Shown here: in pieces, positions 40,068-47,845 of the stretch | How the letters are laid out: each line of letters opens with the position of its first letter | Numbering within the stretch: the stretch's first letter is position 1 | Assembly: GCA_964610465.1 (NCBI GenBank) | Contig: CAZSWA010000006.1 | Location: 4,332-68,331, forward strand | Direction of reading: 5' to 3' | DNA from: an uncultured Gammaproteobacteria bacterium | Lineage (GTDB): Bacteria > Patescibacteriota > Microgenomatia > Levybacterales > UBA12049 | Length of the DNA: 64,000 nt | The notes under the pieces: model-generated | The model's input: the letters and a program-made list of their open reading frames with translations, nothing else | Database searches by the model: none | What the model was told of the DNA's origin: nothing | Position numbers and translations under genes: made by a program

Positions 40068-40673
40068 ATGAATCTTAGAGTAGTAAAACCAACTGATACT
40101 ATCCTCCGTACAAAATGCAGTCCAGTTTCAAAAAAAGAATTACGTACAAAAAACATGCAAAATCTTATAGATGAATTGCTTAATTTCGTATATGGCAGCA
40201 GTAATAAAGGAAAAGAAAGAATTACAAAAAAACCAATGACAGTTGGTTTATCTGTCAATCAAGTAGGTATTCCCAAAAGGATAGCAATTGTTGATTTGGC
40301 AATTGGTAAGAAAACCTACAATGATTTATATGTACTTATAAATCCTGAAATCTTGTGGCATTCAAAAACACTCATTGAAAAAAGTGAAGGATGTGTTAAC
40401 CTACCTAACGTCTGGGGATATGTAAAACGATATAAAAAAATAAAAATAAAAGCACTTGATAGATCTGGAAATGAATTAATCCTTATGCTTCAAGGATAGC
40501 CCGCAATACTACTGCAGCATGAGATAGGACATCTCAATGGAGAACTGTTTATAGACAAACTTGAAAATCCACAAAAAGCACATCTGGTAAAAACCGGAGA
40601 ATATAAAGCATATAAAAAAACTAAAAAAAGCTGGAACAAATACATTGATATCTCATCATTAATTAAAAAATAA
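40068..40673 (+). pseudogene. def: Peptide deformylase interrupted by a single in-frame TAG (40497-40499); motif III QHEIGHLNG lies downstream of the stop
   Basis: Motif I GLSVNQVG and motif II EGCVNLP are in ORF 40044..40499; same frame continues PAILLQHEIGHLNGELFIDKL... to TAA at 40671-40673. Confidence 0.7.
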
Positions 40674-40685
40674 TATCCTCAATGT

Positions 40686-40733
40686 TTCTTTCTTAATCCT
40701 TACCGTTTTTTGGTTATTCTCTTATTGATAAGT
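40686..40733 (+). repeat. ~46-nt direct repeat, copy 1 (upstream of KGG gene)
   Basis: tctttcttaatccttaccgttttttggttattctcttattgataa vs copy 2 at 41039; ~85% identical. Confidence 0.5.
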
Positions 40734-40780
40734 CTTAGGATGAGACTAAACTAGATTAGTTAAAAGGGGGTGATAATAAT

Positions 40781-40957
40781 ATGGCACAAAAAGGAAATGG
40801 CAGAGGATTTGCCTCAATGGATCCTGATAAACAACGACAAATTGCAAGTAAAGGCGGAAGAGCAGCTCATTCAAAAGGTACAGCCCATGAATGGACAAGC
40901 GATGAAGCACGTGAAGCAGGTCGTAAAGGTGGACGCGCAAGACAGAAAAGTAGATAA
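40781..40957 (+). CDS. KGG-repeat stress-induced protein (YciG/Con-10-like)
   Basis: MAQKGNGRGFASMDPDKQRQIASKGGRAAHSKG...GRKGGRARQKSR; AAAGGGGGTGA RBS; frame differs from ORF-track entry 40770..41030. Confidence 0.7.
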   Translation: MAQKGNGRGFASMDPDKQRQIASKGGRAAHSKGTAHEWTSDEAREAGRKGGRARQKSR

Positions 40958-40986
40958 AAGCAAGTCTTACGTAAAGCAACAGAAAA

Positions 40987-41016
40987 ATATCCCTGTCCTT
41001 CAGGGATATTTTTTTA
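40987..41016 (+). terminator. Rho-independent terminator
   Basis: 9-bp stem ATATCCCTG/CAGGGATAT, 5-nt loop, then TTTTTTT. Confidence 0.7.
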
Positions 41017-41038
41017 GAATTTGCAACTGATAGTACAG

Positions 41039-41086
41039 TTCTTTCTCAATCCTTACGTTATTTTGGTTATTCTCTCATTCATAAAC
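41039..41086 (+). repeat. ~46-nt direct repeat, copy 2
   Basis: ttctttctcaatccttacgttattttggttattctctcattcataaa. Confidence 0.5.
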
Positions 41087-41240
41087 AGTAAGCTAACTCT
41101 AGTATCATGAATATCTCAAATATGTTTGTTTATAAAAAAGAAACTCCTGGCAAAGGCATCGAAAGTCTACGATATTGCGATATCACTTGCTATTTAAATT
41201 TTAGAAAAAATAGAGGGAAGCGAGGTGAGACACGCTTATT

Positions 41241-41492
41241 ATGAACATTTTGTCATGGATTTTTTTTGGTTTAATAGTTGGAATAATAGCAAATGCAATT
41301 GATCCACAACCAGCGCGCGGAGGATTACTCGGTGCAATATTGCTGGGAGTTGTTGGAGCTCTTGTTGGAGGTTTTCTTGCCAATTTAATATTTGGTATTA
41401 CGGTAACAGGATTTAATTTAACATCCTTCTTGATAGCAGTTGCTGGTTCACTGATATTACTCTTTATAGGCAGAGCTATAAGAAGAGTATAA
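41241..41492 (+). CDS. GlsB/YeaQ/YmgE-family stress-response membrane protein
   Basis: 83 aa, Gly-rich TM helices GGLLGAILLGVVGALVGGFLANLIFG. Confidence 0.8.
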   Translation: MNILSWIFFGLIVGIIANAIDPQPARGGLLGAILLGVVGALVGGFLANLIFGITVTGFNLTSFLIAVAGSLILLFIGRAIRRV

Positions 41493-41503
41493 AAATAGAA
41501 CAG

Positions 41504-41549
41504 GGTATGGATGGATGCAAGCAAGCATGAGCACATCTATCCATACCCA
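41504..41549 (+). terminator. Long GC-rich stem-loop after glsB-like gene (terminator-like, weak U-tract)
   Basis: GGGTATGGATGGATG ... CATCTATCCATACCC, 15-bp stem. Confidence 0.4.
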
Positions 41550-41606
41550 TTTGGGGTAAAGGAATTTTAGTTTAAAAAATAATCAAGGAAAGCGAGGTGA
41601 TAAAAG

Positions 41607-41903
41607 ATGGAACATAATTATCGAGATAGGAATGGAGTAAATCCAGTAACAGCAGGTTTTGTAGGTATTGTGCTAGGAGCTGCGGGTGCAGTAGCAGTTC
41701 TTTTATCAGATGAAGAAATAAGAAAAAAAGCAACAAAACGATATCATCAATTAAAAAAGAATCTGAGCGATTGGAGTGATGAAAATTTAAAAGAACTCAA
41801 AGATGAGAAGAAAGCGATTAAAGAGAGAGTACGAGAGAAAGCAAGTAATGTAATGGAATCTGAAATAGTTGATGAGGGAAAAATTGAGGAGAAGAAAGAA
41901 TAA
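41607..41903 (+). CDS. YtxH-like small membrane-anchored coiled-coil protein (putative stress protein)
   Basis: N-terminal GFVGIVLGAAGAVAVLL then charged helical tail; leader shares motif with glsB-like gene. Confidence 0.35.
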   Translation: MEHNYRDRNGVNPVTAGFVGIVLGAAGAVAVLLSDEEIRKKATKRYHQLKKNLSDWSDENLKELKDEKKAIKERVREKASNVMESEIVDEGKIEEKKE

Positions 41904-41916
41904 ATTATTCAATCAC

Positions 41917-42603
41917 CTATAAGGAATAATCAAGTGTTGAGTGTTCTTGAGAAATAAATAGAATTTCTTCTTCCAGTTTTTTAATATTTCTTAACAATAA
42001 GAATTTCCCTTCCCGTGCCACAAAACCGGCTTTTTCTAACTTTTTCATCTCAAGTGATGTAGTTTCTCTTGTAATTCCAACAAGGGTTGCAATATCTTTA
42101 TGTGTAAGCGGGACTTTGAAAATAATACTATCTCCCTGTTCTTCACCAAAACGTTTTGCACAGATAAGTAATGTTGCTGCGACTTTTATGTAGGCATTAC
42201 TGCATACGAGATATTCCATTCTTGAAAGAAATCCATCAAACCGTACTAGAAGACGCGATGTGAGATCTTCATATACATCAGGATTATCTTTTATAAAATG
42301 CAGAAATTGTTCTTGTGGGGCGCTCCAGAGTTCAAGCGGAGTTATCGCTTCAAGATAATATGGATTGGTAATATTATTCATTCCATACGTAAGCGGAAAA
42401 AAATCATCAGGTTTAAGTATTGTTAAAGTAAGTTCTTCTCCTTGTTCTGAAAGTCTATATACTCGTACATATCCGCTTTTGATAAAAAATACGCTTGAGG
42501 AATTATCGTTAGCATGGAGAATCATACTGCGTTTTTTATATTTGAGGAGTTTATATTTTTGAAAAAATAAATTAATCTTAGATACCGAATTAAGTATCAA
42601 CAT
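41917..42603 (-). CDS. Crp/Fnr-family transcriptional regulator
   Basis: cNMP-binding beta-roll region plus C-terminal HTH (HKDIATLVGITRETTSLEMKKLE). Confidence 0.8.
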   Translation of the reverse strand: MLILNSVSKINLFFQKYKLLKYKKRSMILHANDNSSSVFFIKSGYVRVYRLSEQGEELTLTILKPDDFFPLTYGMNNITNPYYLEAITPLELWSAPQEQFLHFIKDNPDVYEDLTSRLLVRFDGFLSRMEYLVCSNAYIKVAATLLICAKRFGEEQGDSIIFKVPLTHKDIATLVGITRETTSLEMKKLEKAGFVAREGKFLLLRNIKKLEEEILFISQEHSTLDYSL

Positions 42604-42742
42604 ACTGTTTTCTCTAATCTTGTGTAATGCATCTTACAGACACGACATCATAATAAAATAAAAAAGCTGTAAGAAAAGTATAAGAAGGTATAAATATACA
42701 TATTGCATCCATAGGATTTTCTGATAAGATAATGAACACAAT

Positions 42743-43915
42743 ATGGATAATGTCATAGAAAAGATATATAACTGTACTTTAAAATTATTAGCATCTACAG
42801 ATACAAAAGAGTTATACAAATCAATTGTTGTGGAAGGAAAAGAACTGGTAAATGCAGAATTCGGATCAATTTATCTAGACAATAACGATACCTTTTCTTT
42901 AGCATATAGTTCATTACCATTTCTCAATAAATTTAAATTAAGACGTAATGGATTTGTACAAAAAACCTTTCAGACAAGGAAAATTGTTATTCTTCATGAG
43001 AAAGACATACTAAAAATACGGCCTGCCTTAGGTCGAAAAGCGATGCAGTCAGTAATTATGATCCCATTGTCCTATGTAAATAAATCAATTGGTGTGCTTT
43101 GTTTTAATTCTTCAAAGCAGGAACATTTTTCGGATAATGAGTTACATATATTAAAACTTTTTGGATCAATTGCCAGTCTCGCAATTACCAAAGCACACCA
43201 TCTTGATTCAGCAAAAAACGCCATAGAAATTAGAGATAGATTTATATCTCTTGCCTCTCATGAGCTAAGAACTCCTTTAACTTCTATTAACGGATATATT
43301 CAGCTTCTCTATGCGAAACTTGCAAATAAAGGTACTTCTGAATCCCGTTGGGTAGAAGAATTGTATAAAGAAAATATAAGACTGACAACCTTAATTAAAG
43401 AACTTTTAGATGTGAATAGAATAAAACAAGGTCAATTACACTTTGTTCTTAAAGAAGTAAATATTTTAGAGCTACTAGAAAAAGCAATAAAATTGATACA
43501 CGCCAATTATTCTGAAAGAGATGTCCAATTTAAAAACTTAGTAAAACAGAAAAATACTGTATTGGTCATTGGAGACTATGAGAAATTGCTTGATATTTTG
43601 AATGCGCTTCTCAATAACGCAGTAAAATTTTCTCCTCCTCATTCAAAAATAGTAGTAGCTATTGAATTAAAGGATCGTACAATTTTTATCCATATTAAAG
43701 ATAAAGGAAAAGGTATTCCCAAAAAAGATATTCCCAAAATTTTTGAAGGATTCTATAAACATAATATAGAACAATATAAAGAAGGAATGGGAGTCGGGTT
43801 GTTACTTGCAAAACATATTATTGAGTATCATAAAGGGAAATTGAGCATTATTTCAGAAGAAAATAAAGGGACAACAATTACAATAGAACTTCCGTCAATT
43901 CAATATACTCATTAA
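42743..43915 (+). CDS. GAF-domain sensor histidine kinase (soluble)
   Basis: GAF-like N-half, H-box HELRTPLTSINGYIQLL, HATPase_c (KDKGKGIP, GMGVGL). Confidence 0.8.
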   Translation: MDNVIEKIYNCTLKLLASTDTKELYKSIVVEGKELVNAEFGSIYLDNNDTFSLAYSSLPFLNKFKLRRNGFVQKTFQTRKIVILHEKDILKIRPALGRKAMQSVIMIPLSYVNKSIGVLCFNSSKQEHFSDNELHILKLFGSIASLAITKAHHLDSAKNAIEIRDRFISLASHELRTPLTSINGYIQLLYAKLANKGTSESRWVEELYKENIRLTTLIKELLDVNRIKQGQLHFVLKEVNILELLEKAIKLIHANYSERDVQFKNLVKQKNTVLVIGDYEKLLDILNALLNNAVKFSPPHSKIVVAIELKDRTIFIHIKDKGKGIPKKDIPKIFEGFYKHNIEQYKEGMGVGLLLAKHIIEYHKGKLSIISEENKGTTITIELPSIQYTH

Positions 43916-43946
43916 TCTATTGATTTAAACTCAACAATGCATTAGC

Positions 43947-45563
43947 ATGATAAATAGCTTCATGAAAAGGAATTCAGGATTTACACTTATAGAACTTCTT
44001 ATAGTAATAGCAGTGTTATCTGTTATTTTGATATCTGTAATATTTTTTATGAATCCATTAGAAAATTTTGCAAAATCCCGTGATGCAGGAAGAATCAGTG
44101 AAGTAAATGAACTTGGAAGCGCTATCACAAGATTTATGACAAAAGGAAATTCTTCATATCCTATGTCTACACCAAACTGGCAGTCAACTATTCTTAAGGC
44201 AAATGCTGAGATAGCTGCTCCAATACAATCTACAGGAAGCAAATCATGTAACGCTGGCAACAATGAAGGTAATATTTGTTATATTTCAACAGGAGTTGAT
44301 GCAATTATCTGGACAAACGCAGAATCAAAAGCTGCTGCAATTATTGCTCAATGTCAACCAAATCAAGTTCCAGTGATTGCCTGGATAGCGTCTCAAGGCA
44401 GAACCGGATATACTTGTCTTGCAAATACTACTGCTGTTCCTTCTTCTGATGCCGCCAATAATATGTTTGATACTATTGTGTTATCTACTCCTAGTATAGT
44501 CATCGTATCAAATCAGCCGACTCCAACTCCTACTTCTACTCCATCAGGAGGAAGTATTATCATAATTTCATCATCAACAACTCCAAGCCCTACTCCTGTC
44601 AACAGAAATTATTACCCGGCTAATATCGATTTTCCTGCTTCAGGTGCTTATGGTCAGTATAGTCAAGCTGCTTTAAACAATCTAGGAATAAATGGGATAG
44701 ATATAAATATGAATTGGGTTGATGTAGAACCACAACAGGGAGTATATAACTTTGGACCAATTGACCAGGAAATAACAACATGGGTACAAGCGGGAAAGGA
44801 ATTTACTCTTGTCGTTCGTTATATTGCAGATACGGGTACCTGTACAGGTACACAATACATGCCACAATGGGAGATACAGCGCATTCCTCATTTTTGCGAT
44901 ACCTTAAAAGGAACTATAATTCCAAATTACTTTGATCAAACCTTTATCACCGATTTGGAAACATTTGTAAAAGCAATTGGCAGTCATTTTACCCAGAGTC
45001 CTTATAAAGCTAATTTAGCATATATTCGTGTTGGGTTAGGAGTAGCAGGAGAAGGATTCCCTATTTTTTCTTTAACAAGTAATCCTGATTGGTCACAACT
45101 TATAGCATATGGATATACTCCAGCTAGCTGGAGAGATTGGCAAAGAGCACGTATGGCCACTTTCAAAGCAGCATTTCCCTGGACAAAAGTTATTTATCCT
45201 ATTAATGTACAAGGTACAACTGATCCTGCCAACGGATTACCTTTACAGGTTTCTCAAGCTTATTGGGCCGCGGCAAATGGATTAGGAATTGGGTCTCAAA
45301 CTTTGTCACCAGGTTTTACCTATGCACAAATTAATACTATTGCTGCTTATATCAATAAAAATTATCCTGGGACTTACATCCAGTTTCAAACTAAAACAGG
45401 CGTAAATAGTAGTTCTACAGTTCAAGGAGATATACAAACAGCTCAAAACTATGGCGCAAGAAGTATTGAGTGGTATGAGAATGTTGTTGGGAACAATTCT
45501 TATACGCCTTTATTTCAGCAGTGGCAACAGTATGTGAACACAACATATGGGACAATGCCTTAA
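43947..45563 (+). CDS. Type IV pilin-like protein with Thr/Pro-rich linker and C-terminal glycoside-hydrolase-like TIM-barrel domain
   Basis: Prepilin signal KRNSG|FTLIELLIVIAVLSVIL (Gly-1, Phe+1, Glu+5); linker QPTPTPTSTPSGG...TTPSPTPV; C-domain motif NWVDVEPQQGVYNFGPIDQEI resembles GH5/GH42 family. Confidence 0.6.
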   Translation: MINSFMKRNSGFTLIELLIVIAVLSVILISVIFFMNPLENFAKSRDAGRISEVNELGSAITRFMTKGNSSYPMSTPNWQSTILKANAEIAAPIQSTGSKSCNAGNNEGNICYISTGVDAIIWTNAESKAAAIIAQCQPNQVPVIAWIASQGRTGYTCLANTTAVPSSDAANNMFDTIVLSTPSIVIVSNQPTPTPTSTPSGGSIIIISSSTTPSPTPVNRNYYPANIDFPASGAYGQYSQAALNNLGINGIDINMNWVDVEPQQGVYNFGPIDQEITTWVQAGKEFTLVVRYIADTGTCTGTQYMPQWEIQRIPHFCDTLKGTIIPNYFDQTFITDLETFVKAIGSHFTQSPYKANLAYIRVGLGVAGEGFPIFSLTSNPDWSQLIAYGYTPASWRDWQRARMATFKAAFPWTKVIYPINVQGTTDPANGLPLQVSQAYWAAANGLGIGSQTLSPGFTYAQINTIAAYINKNYPGTYIQFQTKTGVNSSSTVQGDIQTAQNYGARSIEWYENVVGNNSYTPLFQQWQQYVNTTYGTMP

Positions 45564-45573
45564 GCAAAGTTTC

Positions 45574-46245
45574 TTATTCTTTGATGACGTAGCCGAATCC
45601 ACGTACAGAGTGAAGGAGTTTTTTGGGATAGCCATTGTCAATTTTTTTTCTGAGGTAGCCCATGTAGACATCAACTACTCTGGTTTCTACTTCTGAGGAG
45701 TACAGCCAGATTCTACTTAAGATCATTTCTCGTGTTAATATTCTTCCTTTGTTACTCATTAAGTACTGAAGAAGTTTAAACTCCTGGGGAGTAAGTTGAA
45801 TAAGTTTTCCAGAGCGTTTAACCTCTAAGGTTTTATTATCTAACTCTAAATCATCAACTTTGAGCGTTGCATTGGTATCTCCTTGTTTTCTTAGCCTTGC
45901 TTTAATACGAGCTAAGAATTCATCAGCAACAAAAGGTTTGGTCATGTAATCATCAGCACCAAGGTTTAAGCCTTGAACAATATCATTGATGGAGTCTTTG
46001 GCAGTAAGAATGATGATAGGCAGGTCTTTATGTTTTTTTCTGATTTCCTGACACACTGCTTCACCACTCATGTTAGGAAGACCTAAATCAAGAACCACCA
46101 CATCCGGGTCTCCTTTTTTAAAGTATTCTAAAGCTTGAATACCATCTCCTACTGTATGCACAGCATACCCATTATCCAGCAACAACTCCTTCAAATACTT
46201 CTGCAATCCCTTATCATCTTCCACTACAAGTATTGTATGTACCAT
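45574..46245 (-). CDS. OmpR/PhoB-family response regulator (receiver + winged helix), copy A
   Basis: LVVEDD..., LDLGLP, TAKD receiver motifs; C-terminal wHTH VDVYMGYLRKK; ORF extends to 46284, start placed at MVHTILVVEDD. Confidence 0.85.
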   Translation of the reverse strand: MVHTILVVEDDKGLQKYLKELLLDNGYAVHTVGDGIQALEYFKKGDPDVVVLDLGLPNMSGEAVCQEIRKKHKDLPIIILTAKDSINDIVQGLNLGADDYMTKPFVADEFLARIKARLRKQGDTNATLKVDDLELDNKTLEVKRSGKLIQLTPQEFKLLQYLMSNKGRILTREMILSRIWLYSSEVETRVVDVYMGYLRKKIDNGYPKKLLHSVRGFGYVIKE

Positions 46246-46247
46246 AA
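45577..46247. repeat. Direct repeat A (~670 bp), near-identical to 50617..51287
   Basis: Sequence lines 45601-46227 match 50641-51267 base for base on inspection; boundaries approximate. Confidence 0.8.
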
Positions 46248-46402
46248 GTGCCCAAATTATAACAATATTTGTCCAGATTCTCAAAGGGGAAAATAAGAAA
46301 TGCGAAATAACCCTATATAAAATGTAAGAGTTTTGCTGCCGCGCTTGACTTCTCTTACCAATAGTTGTAGATTCTCTTACAATATTCTAATATTTAAATC
46401 AT

Positions 46403-47716
46403 ATGGATACTTACTCTTTACGAAACATGATTTATCAATCTATCCTAGAGCTTGCAACAGAAGAAGGAATAAATGCCTCCGGGAAAGAAGAAATATATGG
46501 ATGTATCTTTGGAAGAGATAGTTTTGTCACTATCCTTAAGATAATGAAATCACTTTCCAACACCAATTCAGCACCTTTTATTGAGACGCAATTACTTCTT
46601 GATATCTGCAGACGTTCACTTTTAACTCTTGTTCAGCTTCAAGGAAAAGAAACCAATATTGAAAGTGGAGAAGAACCTGGTAAATTTATCCATGAATACA
46701 GGAAAGAAAAATACGAAAGATTGGTCAATCGACCTGTCAAACCATGGTATCTCTATCCGGATAAAATTTTGCGTAATTATGACTCCATAGATTCTACACC
46801 TCTTGGACTTATTGCACTTTATAGATATTGGAATATAACTAAAGATGATACCTTTTTGCTACAAGTGTTACCAGCAGTTGAGTCTGGACTTAACTGGATT
46901 ATTACTTACGGAGATAAAGATAAAGATGGACTTATTGAGTATGAACTTCATAAAGAGAGAAAACATGGAGGATTGGTAGTACAATCCTGGACTGACTCTC
47001 ATGAATCAATTACTCAAGCTGATGGAAGATTTCCTGATTATCCAATCGCACCGGTTGAAGCACAAGGATATGCGTGGCTTGCTCTTAAACTCTGGTCTGA
47101 TTTTTATGCTGATACTTCCAGAAATTATGCCAAAACTGAAAATTTCGCTCACAAACTGGCAACTCAGGCAGAGCTCATGAAAAAACGATTTAATGAAATA
47201 TTTCTTTATGAGGATGAAGAACTGCTTTTCCCGGCTCAAGCACTTGACGGGAGCAAAAATCAATTACGCACAGTGACAGGGAATTCACTCCTTCTGCTTT
47301 GGGCGACATACTATAATAATGGTAAGTCCGAGTCAATTCTTGATGATACATTTATTCCTGATTTGGTGAAGCGTTCCTTTATGGATGATTTGTTTGACTC
47401 AGAAGCGGGTATCCGTACAATGAGTACAAAGGCTGCAACCTATATTTCAGGGCAAAATTCATACCATAATGGCAGTTTCTGGCCAAAGCTCAATGGTATG
47501 GTACATGAAGGACTTACAAACTGGAATTATTTGAAAGAAGCAGAGCATCTCAAAGAAGCAACCCTTAAACCTATTCAGTACTTTGGTACACCAATAGAAC
47601 TTTATGTGAAAGGAGAAAATGGAAACTATCTGCCATTTCGTAACTCTGCAGGCCGTGAAGGATGCAGGCAACAAGCCTGGTCAGCAGCTGTCGCCCTTGA
47701 TCTTCTAACCCTATAA
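46403..47716 (+). CDS. Amylo-alpha-1,6-glucosidase / glycogen-debranching-enzyme C-domain-like six-hairpin glycosidase
   Basis: GCIFGRDS motif near N-terminus and QAWSAA near C-terminus, as in GDE_C family. Confidence 0.55.
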   Translation: MDTYSLRNMIYQSILELATEEGINASGKEEIYGCIFGRDSFVTILKIMKSLSNTNSAPFIETQLLLDICRRSLLTLVQLQGKETNIESGEEPGKFIHEYRKEKYERLVNRPVKPWYLYPDKILRNYDSIDSTPLGLIALYRYWNITKDDTFLLQVLPAVESGLNWIITYGDKDKDGLIEYELHKERKHGGLVVQSWTDSHESITQADGRFPDYPIAPVEAQGYAWLALKLWSDFYADTSRNYAKTENFAHKLATQAELMKKRFNEIFLYEDEELLFPAQALDGSKNQLRTVTGNSLLLLWATYYNNGKSESILDDTFIPDLVKRSFMDDLFDSEAGIRTMSTKAATYISGQNSYHNGSFWPKLNGMVHEGLTNWNYLKEAEHLKEATLKPIQYFGTPIELYVKGENGNYLPFRNSAGREGCRQQAWSAAVALDLLTL

Positions 47717-47845
47717 CATTATAATTAACCTCAACTTAGTAGGAAACTTTGTCAGGTTTTAGTCATAGTTGTCAAGCATAATGGTCAAGGTGTTTCTACA
47801 ATTGCGATAATAATAGTATTAGTAAGGTAAATTACATCTTGTAGT

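Noticed and set aside
40770-41030. ORF-track entry 40770..41030 (86 aa)
   Set aside because: A different frame at 40781..40957 encodes a convincing KGG-repeat stress protein with a good RBS and a terminator; the 86-aa ORF is its frame shadow.
46245-46284. Response regulator copy A starting at the upstream Met (MRIWTNIVIIWALM...)
   Set aside because: Copy B and receiver-domain architecture indicate that the start is at MVHTILVVEDD. The extension is hydrophobic and unsupported.
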